Assembly (NCBI GenBank): GCA_030390025.1
Contig: CM059452.1
Location: 5,952,001-6,016,000 of the forward strand
Reading direction: 5' to 3'
Length of the DNA stretch: 64,000 nt
From: Squalus acanthias
Lineage: Eukaryota
Shown here: positions 1-10,229 of the stretch, piece by piece
Layout: each line of letters starts with the position of its first letter
Position numbering within the stretch: the stretch's first letter is position 1
The notes under the pieces: generated by a model
The model's database searches: none
The model's input: the letters and a program-made list of their open reading frames with translations, nothing else
Told to the model about the DNA's origin: nothing
Translations under genes and position numbers: made by a program

Positions 1-310
1 CCGGATGTTGTTGGGGCCCATAGCCTTTGCTGAATCAAGTGCGCTCAGCCGTTTCTTGATATCACGTGGAGTGAATCGAATTGGCTGAAGACTGGCTTCT
101 GTGATGGTGGGGACCTCAGGAGTCGGCCGATGTCGATCATCCACTCGGCATTTCTGGCTGAAGATGGCTGCAAACACTTTTGCACTCAAGTGCTGGGCTC
201 CACCATCATTGAGGATGGGGACATTCCTGGAGCCTCCTCCTCCCGTTAGTTGTTTAATGGTCCACCACCATTCACGACTGGATGTGGCAGGACTGCAGAG
301 CTTTGATCTG
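1..310 (-). mobile_element. Non-LTR retrotransposon fragment (same family as 57840-60303)
   Basis: Bases 1-180 are the reverse complement of about 58590-58772 (AMGPDNIP region); the right boundary is approximate. Confidence 0.7.
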
Positions 311-1261
311 ATGGGACGGTGTAGAGGGAAACAGGGATAGGTACATTTTTATTTTGACCATCAATTGCACAAAGTTATTACACACTCGAGGTGTATATCA
401 GGAGATTCTGTGTGATGTTGAGGTGATCACTGGACAATAAAGCGCAGAGACTGGTGGGTAGCTGCTCATTATCCTCGGTGTGATTTCATTCCCTTCCCAA
501 CTGAATACTGCGGACAGACAGGATCACCATGGTAACGGAATGGTCAGTGTGACATCACTTTCTAAACAAGAGCACTCAGAGAATGTGTTATCAATAAAAT
601 TTGAAGGAATTAAACGATCAGAAATTATATTTTGAATAAAATAAAATAAAATGGTGAAAAATAACTGGTGAACATAATCATTTTTTGTGGAATGCACTTG
701 CAAACATTGACAAAAATGTGTTTTGTATACACACACACACACACACATCACACATATATACAGCAAACACTTCTTGTGTGCGCTCTATTCAGTTGTTCCT
801 CTTAACCAGATGAGGGTTAGATAATCGTGTGGACATTAGGACCCCGCGGCAGCCCATACGCCGGTGCTCTGAGGTCACGGTTCCAGGCTCTGTCACACAA
901 TCAGTGGGTCCCGCGAAAGCTCAATAGAAAATACTGCAGGAAAAATAAAGTAATCTTTAACACAACAGCGCTTGCCACTAAGTAGTGCAAAGTGCAGTGC
1001 ACTATTGCTCATCTTTAGCCCTGTCCCTCAATCCCAGCTCTTCTCTGGAAGCTTGTTCCAAGTTTCATCCTATCCTTTCAAAACAAATATTATCGACAAA
1101 ATACCAGATCAATTAGAAATTACACACAGCTGCTGATAGCTATTAACAACAATAAACGTGCATCGAAGTAAGAAAAATAATTGCATCCTCACACACGCAA
1201 ATATATATCTTTACTTACATCAATATCCATCTATCCCTCCAACGATCATCTGTCTGTCTCT

Positions 1262-2034
1262 CTAATAGACGCATGGTCTAGAGCCGTAATAACTGAGACA
1301 GAGTCTAGTGTAATATAAACAGAGACAGGGTCTAGTGTAATATAAAGAGAGACATTGTCTAGTGTAATATAAACAGAGACAGGGTCTAGTGTAATATAAA
1401 CAGAGACAGGGTCTAGTGCAATAATAACTAAGACAGGGTCCAGTGTAATATAAACAGAGACAGGGTCCAGTGTAATATAAACAGAGACAGGGTCAAGTGC
1501 AGTAATAAATGAGACAGGGTCTAGTGTAATAAAAACAGAGACAGGGTCTAGTGTAATATAAACAGAGATAGGGGTTAGTGTAATATAAACAGAGACGTGG
1601 TCTAGTGTAATATAAACAGAGACGTGGTCTAGTGTAATATAAACAGAGACAGGGTCTAGTGTAATATAAACAGAGACAGGGTCTAGTGTAATATAAACAG
1701 AGACAGGGTCTAGTGTAATATAAACAGAGACAGGGTCTAGTGTAATATAAACAGAGAAAGGGCCTAGTGTAATATAAACTGAGACAGGGTCTAGTGTAAT
1801 ATGAACAGAGACAGGATCTAGTGTAATATAAACTGAGACAGGGTCTAGTGTTATATAAACAGAGACAGGATCTAGTGTAATCTAAACAGAGACAGGATCT
1901 AGTGTAATATAAACAGAGACAGGATCCAGTGTAATATAAACAGAGACTGGGTCTAGTGTAATATAAACAGAGACTGGGTCTAGTGCATTAATAACAGAGA
2001 CAGGGTCTAGTGTAATATAAAGAGAGACGGGTCT
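1262..2034. repeat. 27-bp minisatellite (cagagacagggtctagtgtaatataaa)n, about 28 copies
   Basis: Directly visible tandem unit; degenerate continuation at 2868-3185 and 6350-6410. Confidence 0.95.
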
Positions 2035-2049
2035 CGGCAGTTATCCGAA

Positions 2050-2866
2050 CCCCAAGACATCGCTGCAGGAGTTCCTCAGGGCAGTGCCCTAGGCCCAACC
2101 ATCTTCAGCTGCTTCATCAATGACCTTCCCTCCAACATAAGGTCAGAAATGGGGATACTCGCTTTTGACTGCACATTGTTCAGTGCCATTCAGAACTCCT
2201 CAGATAATGTAGCAGTCCATGCCCACATGCAACAAGAGCTGGAAGACGTTCAGGCTTGGGCTGCTAAGTGGCAGGTAACATTTGCGCCACACAAGTGCCA
2301 GGCAATGACTATCTCCAACAAGCGAGAATCTAACCACTGCCCATTGATGTTCAACGGCATTTCCATCGCCGAATCCCCCACCATCAACATCCAGGGGTCA
2401 CCATTGACTAGAAACTTAACTGGACCAGCCACATAAATACTGTGGCAACAAGAGCAGGTCAGAAGCTAGGTATTCTGCGGCGAGTGTCTCACCTCCTGAC
2501 TCCTCAAATCATTTCCACTATCTACAAGGCACAAGTAAGGAGTGTGATGGAATACTCTCCACTTGCCTGGATGAGTGCAGCTCCAACAACACTCAAGAAG
2601 CTCGACACCATCCAGGATAAAGCAACTCGCTTGATTGACACCCCATCCACCACCTTAAACATTCACTCCTTCCACCACCGGCGTACCGTAGCTGCAGTGT
2701 GTACCCTCTACAAGATGCACCGCAGCAACTCGCCAAGGCTCCTTCGGCAGCACCACCCAAACTCGCGAACTCTTCCACCTAGAAGGACAAGGGCAGCAGG
2801 CGCATGGAAACACCACCACCTCCAAGTTCCCCTCCAGGTCACACACCATCCTGACGTAGAAGTATA
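2050..2866 (+). mobile_element. LINE RT fragment (CR1/L2-clade, family B), degenerate
   Basis: GVPQGS, 'WAAKWQVTFAPHKCQAM' and 'YKAQVRSVMEYSPLAW' motifs; homologous to 59290-60100. Confidence 0.9.
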
Positions 2867-3186
2867 TGTGAGACAGGGCCGAGTGTAATAGAAATAGAGG
2901 CATGGTCTGTTGTAGTAATAAGTAAGATAAAGCCATGTGTAGTATAAATAGCTACGTGGCCTAGTGCAGTAATAAATGAGACAGGGTTTAGTGTAATATT
3001 AACAGAGGCAGGGTCTAGTGAAATACAAACAGTGACGTGGTCTACTGCAGTATATCTGCGACAGGGCCTAGTGTAATAGTATCAAAACAGATGGTGTAGT
3101 GTAATGTAAAGAGCGACATTGCCTTTTGCGGGAGTATCTGAGACAGGCCCTCATGTAATAAGCTGATACGCTGTCTAATATAACAG

Positions 3187-6100
3187 GAACAGAGAAATAA
3201 GAACATAAGAACATAAGAAATAGGAGTAGGTGTAGGCCATTTGGCACTTCGAGCGTGCTCCGCCATTCAATAAGATCATGGCTGATCTTCTACCTCATCT
3301 CCACTTTCCTGCACTATCCCCATATCCCTTGATACCCTTAATATTCAAAAATCTATCGATCTCTGTCTTGAATATACTCAATGACTGAGCCTCCACGGCT
3401 CTCTGGGGTGGAGAATTCCAAAGATTCACCACCCTCTGAGTGAAGTAATTTCTCCTTATCTCACTCCTAAATGGTTGACCCCTTATTCTGAGGCTGTGAC
3501 CCCTGGTTCAAGATACCCGAGCCAGGGGAATCATCCTCCCTGCATCTTCCCTGTCAAGCCCTGTTGGAATTTTGTATGTTTCAATAAGATCATTTCTCAT
3601 TCTTCTAATCTCTCGAAAATATAGGCCTAGTCAACTCAATATGTCCTCAATCTTGTCACCCATCGCAGGAACCAGTCTGGTGAACCTTCGTTGCACTCCC
3701 TCTATGGCAAGTATATCCTTCCTTAGGTAAGGAGACCAAAACTGTAGACAATACTCCAGGTGTGGTCTCACCAGGGCCCTATATAATTGCAGTAAGACGT
3801 CTTTACACTTATACTCAAATCCTCTTGTAATAAAGGCCAACATACCTTTTACTTTCCTAATTGCATGCTGTACATACATGTTAACTTTCAGTGATTCGTG
3901 TACAAGGACACCCAGGTCCCTCTGAACACCAACATTTCCCAATCTCTCACCATTTAAAAAATACTCCGCTTTGCTATTTTTCCTACCAAAGTGGATAACT
4001 TCACATTTCTCCACATTATATTCCATTTGCCATGTTCTTGCCCACTCACTTCGCCTGTCTATATCTCCTTGAAGCCTCCTTGCATCCTTATCACAACTTA
4101 CATTCCCACCTAGCTTTGTATCATGAGCAAACTTGGATATATTACATTTGGTCCCCTCATCCAAATCATTGATGTAGATTGTGAATAGCTGAGGCCCCAG
4201 CACTGATCCTTGCGGTACCCCACTAGTTACAGCCTGCCAACCCGAAAATGACCCGTTGATTCCTACTCTCTGTTTCCTGCCGTTAACCAATCCTCAATCC
4301 ATGCTGGTATATTACCCCCAATCCCATGAGCCCTAATTTTGTTTAATAACCTCTTGTGTGGCATCTTATCGAATACCTTCTGAAAATCCAAATACACCAC
4401 ATCCACTGGTTCCCCTTTATCTATTCTGCCAGTTACAACCTCAAAAAACTCTAACAGATTTGTCAAACATGTTTTGCCTTTCATAAATCCGTGTTGGCTC
4501 TGCCCAATCCTATTATTATTTTCTAAGTGCCCTGTTACCACGTCCTTAATAATACATTCTATCATTTTCCCTACTACTGATGTCAGGCTAACTGGTCTGT
4601 AGTTCCCCGTTTTCTCTTTCCCTCCTTTCTTAAATAGTGGGGTTACATTTGCTACCTTGCAATCCGCGGGCACCATTCTAGAATCTATGCAATTTTGGAA
4701 AATGACAACCAATGCATCCACTATCTCTACAGCCACCTCATTCAAAACCCTCGGGTGTAGGCCATCAGTTCCAGGGGATTTATCGGCTTTAAGTCCCATT
4801 AATTTCTACAGTACTATTTTTTTAGTAATACTAATTTCTTTCTGTTCCTCATTCTCGCTAGACCCTTAGTTAACCACTGCTTCCAGGAAGATTTTTGCGT
4901 CTTCTTCCATGGAGACAGACACAAAGTATTTGTTTAATTTCTCTGCCATTTCCTTATTCCCCATTTTAATTTCTTCTGCTCAGCCTGTAAGGGACCCACA
5001 TTTACTTTTGCTAATCTTTTCCTTTTTACATACCTATAGAAGCTTTTACAGTCTGTTTTTATGTCTCTCGCTAGTTTACTCTAATATTCTATTTTCCCTG
5101 TCTGTATCAATTTCTTGGTCCTCCTTTGTTGAATTCTAAAATCCTCCCAATCCTCAGGCTTACTACTCTGTTTGGCAACATTATAAGCTTCTTCCTTTGA
5201 TCTAATACTATCTTTAACTTCTCTTGTTAGCCACGGGTGGACCACTTTTCCTGTGGGATTTTTGTGCCTTAAGGAATGTATATTTGTTGTAAATTATGTA
5301 TTAATTCTTTAAATGCTAGCAATTGCTTGTCAACCGTCATACTTTTTAATATATTTTCCCAATCTATCTTAGTCATCTCGCCCCTCATACCTACGTAGTT
5401 TGCTTTGTTTAGATTTAAGACCCTAGTTTCGGATTTAACTTACAAACTCAATATAAAATTCTATCATATTATGGTCACTCTTCCCTAAAGGTCCCTTCAC
5501 TACAAGGTTATTAATTAACTCTTTCTCATTGCACAATGCTAGATCTAAAATCGCCTGTTCCCTAGTTGGTTCCTCAACATACTGATCTAGAAACCTATCT
5601 TGCATACATTCCATGAATTCGTCCTCACACTATTGCTGCAAATTTGGTTTGGCCAGTCTATATGTAGATTAAAGTCCCCAATGATTACTGTATTACCCTT
5701 GTTACATGCGCCTCTAATTTCCTGATTTATACTCTGCCCTACATTACAACTACTGTTTGGGGGCCTATAAACAACTCCCACCAATGTTTGCTGCCCCTTG
5801 CTGTTTCTTACCTCCACCCAAACTGATTCTACTTTTTTATTTTCGGAGCTAAGATCCTTTCTCTCTTCTGTCTTTAACCCTTCCTTTATTATCAGGGCTA
5901 ACTCCTCCTCCTTTTCCATCTCTTTTAAAATTTAAGTATCCTGGAATATTCCATTCCCAAACTTGGTCACTGTACAACCACGTCTCCGTTATGGCTATTA
6001 GATCAAACCTGTTAATTTCTATCTGTGCTATTAATTTATCTATTTTGTTGTGAATGCTTTGCGCATTCAGATATAGTGCCTTTAGCTTTGATTTTTTTCT

Positions 6101-6340
6101 ATTTTTCCCTGATGTCACCTTAGTCACTGACATTTATGTCGCTGCTTTTAAATTTACTCTTTCCTGAATCATCCCGCACTGCACCTCCCCCCACCCCCCC
6201 CACCTTTCATGAGTTTAAAACCCTGTCTACTGCCCCAGTTATTCAGTTCGCCAGGACACTGGTCCCAGCCCAGTTTAAGTGGAGCACGTCCCAATGGAAC
6301 AGCTCCCTCTTTCCCCAGTAGTGGGGATAGTGCCCCATGA
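3187..6340 (-). mobile_element. CR1-type LINE (family A), near-complete ORF2 with frameshifts plus ORF1 3' end
   Basis: Endonuclease motifs (LYLNAQSI, IAITETWL, GVVYRPP, IIGDFN); RT motifs (NYRPVSLTS, YLDFQK, GVPQGSVLGP, FAHDTKL, VRPHLEYC); (tcttatgt)n-like 3' tail at 3190-3220. Confidence 0.92.
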
Positions 6341-6423
6341 ACTGAAAATGAACTAGACATGGTCTAGTGCAGTGATAACTGAGAAAGGACCGCGTGTATT
6401 CGAACAGAACAGATGAAAAGTCT

Positions 6424-6905
6424 GTGTGTCAGGTAGGTCCCTAACTCTCAGAATATTTTCCAGTGTCTGTGCATTGTGGTGTGTCAGATAGGTCCATAAT
6501 CTGGGCATCATTCCCAGGGTTTGTGCTCTCTGGTGTGTCATATAGATTCCAGACTCTGGGAATCATTCCCAGGGTTTGTACACTCTGGTGTGTCGGATAG
6601 TCCCCAGGCGCTCAGAATCATTCCCAGGGTTTGTGCTCTCTGATGTGTCAGATCGGCCCCAGGTTCTGGGAATCATTCCCAGGGTTTGTGCTCTCTGGTG
6701 TGACAGATAGGTCCCAGGCTCTGGGAATCATTCCCAGGGTTTGTGATCTCTGATGTGTCAGATAGGTCCCAGGTTCGGGGAATCATTCCCAGGGTTTGTG
6801 CTCTCTGATGTGTCAGATAGGCCCCAGGCTCGGGGCATCATTCCCAGGGTTTGTACACACTGGTGTGACAGATAGGCCCCAGGCTCTCAGAATCATTCCC
6901 AGGGT
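6424..6905. repeat. 55-bp minisatellite, about 9 copies, each containing the palindrome ctgggaat-c-attcccag
   Basis: Unit ctctgggaatcattcccagggtttgtgctctctggtgtgacagataggtcccagg is visible. Confidence 0.9.
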
Positions 6906-8227
6906 TATCAAGTGATTTGAAATGAACCTCCATATAACCAATGGGGTTATGTTTTACCTGTATGGGTATATTGTTGTTGGGCAGGTTTGTGTCCAAAGAG
7001 GTTCCACTCATGATAGGTGGGTTGTAGTTGGCTTGCTATCTCTGATCAGCGGGCTGGAAACAGCGCGTTGATTTTTCTGCACAGAACCAACAGATGTTTC
7101 CTGTAAGTTACATTGTGAGTTCTCGCCCCTCCCTGAGGGGGAAATGATTGATTTCTCTCACAAACTGTGTGGGAGAGATATGGACTGAGTATGGGTGGGA
7201 GCGAAGTGGAATTTAACTCTTCAACTACTGAATGATTAGACAACGTCCATCGAAAATATATTTCTTATGGCATGACCTTAAAAAATATGATGTTTCGTGT
7301 ATGACATGTGCAGAACTGAATAAAATACGATTAGAGCAATGAAAGCGTTTAAGACATTCATCATTAAAAGACAATTCTCTTCTGATTGAAGGCGATGTTC
7401 TATTACAATCCTGCAGAAGGCAATGGAAGCTGTGCTGGAATCACATAAACAGAGAGAGGCACAGATATAAAGAACCGATATAACAGTTCTTGGTTCCATT
7501 GGTAATTTTGTCCTTGACCCCATGACCTGCAGTCTGCCGAGTTACTGCTCTGACCAGGAATTCTAGTTACTCACTGAGGTTTTGGTCTAATTATCATTGA
7601 CAGCCTTTATATTTTAAAATGAAACACGCTCCGGTCCAGCTGTGAGAGACGTGCACTTGGTGTCAGAACAGCTGGCAACAGCTGGGTTAAGGTCAGCACT
7701 GAATCAAACTGCACGATGGTGACACTCAATTAAAGCATTTAATTTAATGAGTTCCCTTTGCTGGTGCAAATTAAAAATGTTACCTAAAACTAGTAATATC
7801 CCAAATCTACGACTGTAATGTCTCCTTTAATCTGCAGTGTTGAGGACATTTCCATGGTCGGCGGGACAGTAATGTAACTGCGATTGGAAAGGCAGGCAGC
7901 GTGATTGAATTCTCACCCAAACAGCTTGGGGCGGACCGTGCGGTCTCCTCACACCCACACAGATCGGTGTAGATCTTAACTTTTACAATTTAGAATTGTT
8001 CAGAGTGAAATAAAGTGACGGTCTTCACACAGGTGAACTGAGATCCAATGCCCGATTGAGGCAGGGATGATTGTATCAGGTGCGGAGCTGCGCAGGCGCG
8101 ATGGATACGATCTGACAATATGTGACGTTATTCCCAAACTTCGCTTCCCTCCTGTAAAACCGGGACAAATATCATCAACTCTTGTGTCCTTTTCCCTTCC
8201 ATCCCACAAGCAGTTGCCGATCGGAAA

Positions 8228-8510
8228 AAGAAAAACTTGCATTTATGCAGCGCCTGTCTCGACATCAGGATGTCCCAAAGCGCTTTAAAGCCAATGATGT
8301 ACTTTTTGAAATGTAATCACTGTTATAACCTCGGGAAACGCGGCAGCCAATTTGAGCGCACCAAGATCCAACTGACAGCAATGTGATAAATGACCAAATA
8401 ATCTGTTTTAGTCATGTTGGTTGAGGGATAAACATTGGCCAAACACCGGGGAGAATTCCCCCGCTCTTCTTCGAAATAATGCCATGGGATCTTTTACGTC
8501 CACCTGAGAG
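8228..8510 (-). mobile_element. SINE (SacSINE1/Deu-SINE-like, L2-type tail), partial
   Basis: Homologous to copies at 19740-20148 and 48385-48822; minus-strand tail reads ...ggcgctgcataaatgcaag; family name from recall. Confidence 0.65.
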
Positions 8511-8813
8511 GAATTGGACCCTGGGTAAATGTGGGCTGTTTGTGGGGAATGTAAATCCTCACAGTGATTCAGTTTTATACTAAATATGTTTTGGTTCGAC
8601 CGTATATAATCCCCAACAGTAAATCGGCAATCAAAGTCAAGGTAATTTTGGGGAATGGACACAGAACACGGATTATTAATGGTTAATTATATTTTACACA
8701 GCTGGACTCAGACAGGAAACAGAGGAGGAGTCAGGCTGCTGCTGGGGGAGGCGTGTAACTCCCAGTCCCCAGCTCCCCCTCTCTCTCTCACACACACACA
8801 GGGCTCCAGACAG

Positions 8814-8821
8814 TTTAAATA
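8814..8821 (+). promoter_or_regulatory. TATA-like box of the VH promoter
   Basis: tttaaata about 100 bp upstream of the leader ATG (8913). Confidence 0.45.
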
Positions 8822-8912
8822 GCGGGACGGTTCAGCTCCAAGTTCACAATCAGGAGGCGTTGTTGCGGCGCCGAGACACGTTCCCGAGTCAGTTACACCG
8901 AGAGACCGAACG

Positions 8913-9388
8913 ATGGGACTTGCCCCGTGCCTCTGTTTGTTACTGGCTTGCTTCGCCTGTGAGTATTCCTCACGGCTTTAGTGACACGATAGAAGATAGC
9001 TTCAGATATTGTGCTTTTATTTCTGTTCATTGATGTGAATGTTCTCCAATGTAATTGCATTTTTTTCATTCACTGACAGATGTCCGGTCCGATATCGTGC
9101 TGACCCAGTCGGCTTCTGTGTCGAAAAAGCCCGGAGAATCTCACAAACTGTCCTGTTCAGTGAGCGGGTTCACTCTGGGCAGCTACCACATGCTCTGGGT
9201 GAAACAAGTTCCCGGGAAGGGGCTGGAGTGGCTGCTTGCTTACAGAAGTCCGTCGCATACCAATTATTACGCGCCTGGAGTCCAAGGTCGAATCATCCCT
9301 TCAAAAGGATCTTCCACAACCTATATCGAGATCAATAATCTGAGAACCGATGACACCGCCATGTATTACTGTGCAAGAGACGGGGGGT
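8913..9388 (+). CDS. IGHV: Immunoglobulin heavy-chain V segment (leader exon 8913-8958, V exon 9080-9388), open frame, IgW-like sequence, ending in a probable D1 remnant
   Basis: Leader MGLAPCLCLLLACFA|gtgagt...acag|YVRS; DIVLTQ..C..WVKQVPGKGLEW..DTAMYYCARDGG. Confidence 0.95.
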
Positions 9389-9426
9389 CACGGTGCTGTA
9401 CAGAGCGAGCTCCTCATACAAAAACC
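9389..9426 (+). other. RSS, 22-bp spacer (cacggtg-22-acaaaaacc), D1-type
   Basis: Heptamer 9389-9395, spacer 9396-9417, nonamer 9418-9426. Confidence 0.92.
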
Positions 9427-9646
9427 CCAGACAGCGAGTTTGCTCACACCTGCGATCACTGCCACGGCAGGAGCGTCGAAGGAAATGAGGCTTGAATGCA
9501 AATAATGGGTAGAAGTAATATAGCTTTGTAAAATGACCAGCACAATCTGAAATATCTCACTGATGCACTCTTAGCGGAGTCGGAATCAGCGTTTTGAGAG
9601 CGCTGTGGAATTTCATCTCTGTATTTTACAGTTAACAGTCCGCCGG

Positions 9647-9715
9647 AGTATTTGGCACGGCGTGTCTCACTGTGGTACAGTGGGTGGCACAGCAGTTACT
9701 GTCAATACAAAAACC
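9647..9715 (+). other. IgH D segment (9675-9687, gtacagtgggtgg) with 12/12 RSS (D2-type)
   Basis: agtatttgg-12-cactgtg [D] cacagca-12-acaaaaacc. Confidence 0.92.
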
Positions 9716-10041
9716 CCTCAGCACTAATTGTGTGAGTCTGGGTCAGTGCTCGCTTTCACAATCCAACTGTAGATGCAGTGAAGTCCTATTTGTGTCCAGC
9801 ACTGTCCACTAGCACAGTTTAACATGGATAAACTGTGATAATTAATCATTGATCAGTTGGTGATTTCAATAACTGTTCATGGGTTACTCTGTGAAATATA
9901 AAACATCAGGGAATTTATAAAGAGTGAAAAGTATCCATTGACACATTTATCATTTTATGAAGATCCATCGTGACTTTACTTTTCCTCTGGGATGTGAATA
10001 TTTAAACTAATGTTGGATTTCTGTCTGTTTTACACAGAGCC

Positions 10042-10128
10042 GGTTATTGTGTGACCCAGCCCGGGGAATGTAACACTGTGACGCCATGGAATACTGGGGA
10101 CAAGGCACCATGGTGACGGTGACTGCAG
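10042..10128 (+). CDS. IGHJ: IgH J segment (coding 10081-10128) with 23-RSS
   Basis: ggttattgt-23-cactgtg; AMEYWGQGTMVTVTA|gtaaga. Confidence 0.95.
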
Positions 10129-10229
10129 GTAAGAAACATTCACTCTTTCAGCAACTGTTGTATTTGTGTCTTTATTTTATATTTCTGTTTATTTCAATAA
10201 TTCATTCATTCACTGAAACTTGGGTTCGG

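Noticed and set aside
542-563. Short match to V10 FR1 (ESDVTLT)
   Set aside because: Only about 21 nt and the flanks do not align
7445-7498. Signal-peptide-like minus-strand stretch MEPRTVISVLYICASLCL
   Set aside because: No V exon found downstream; weak splice donor
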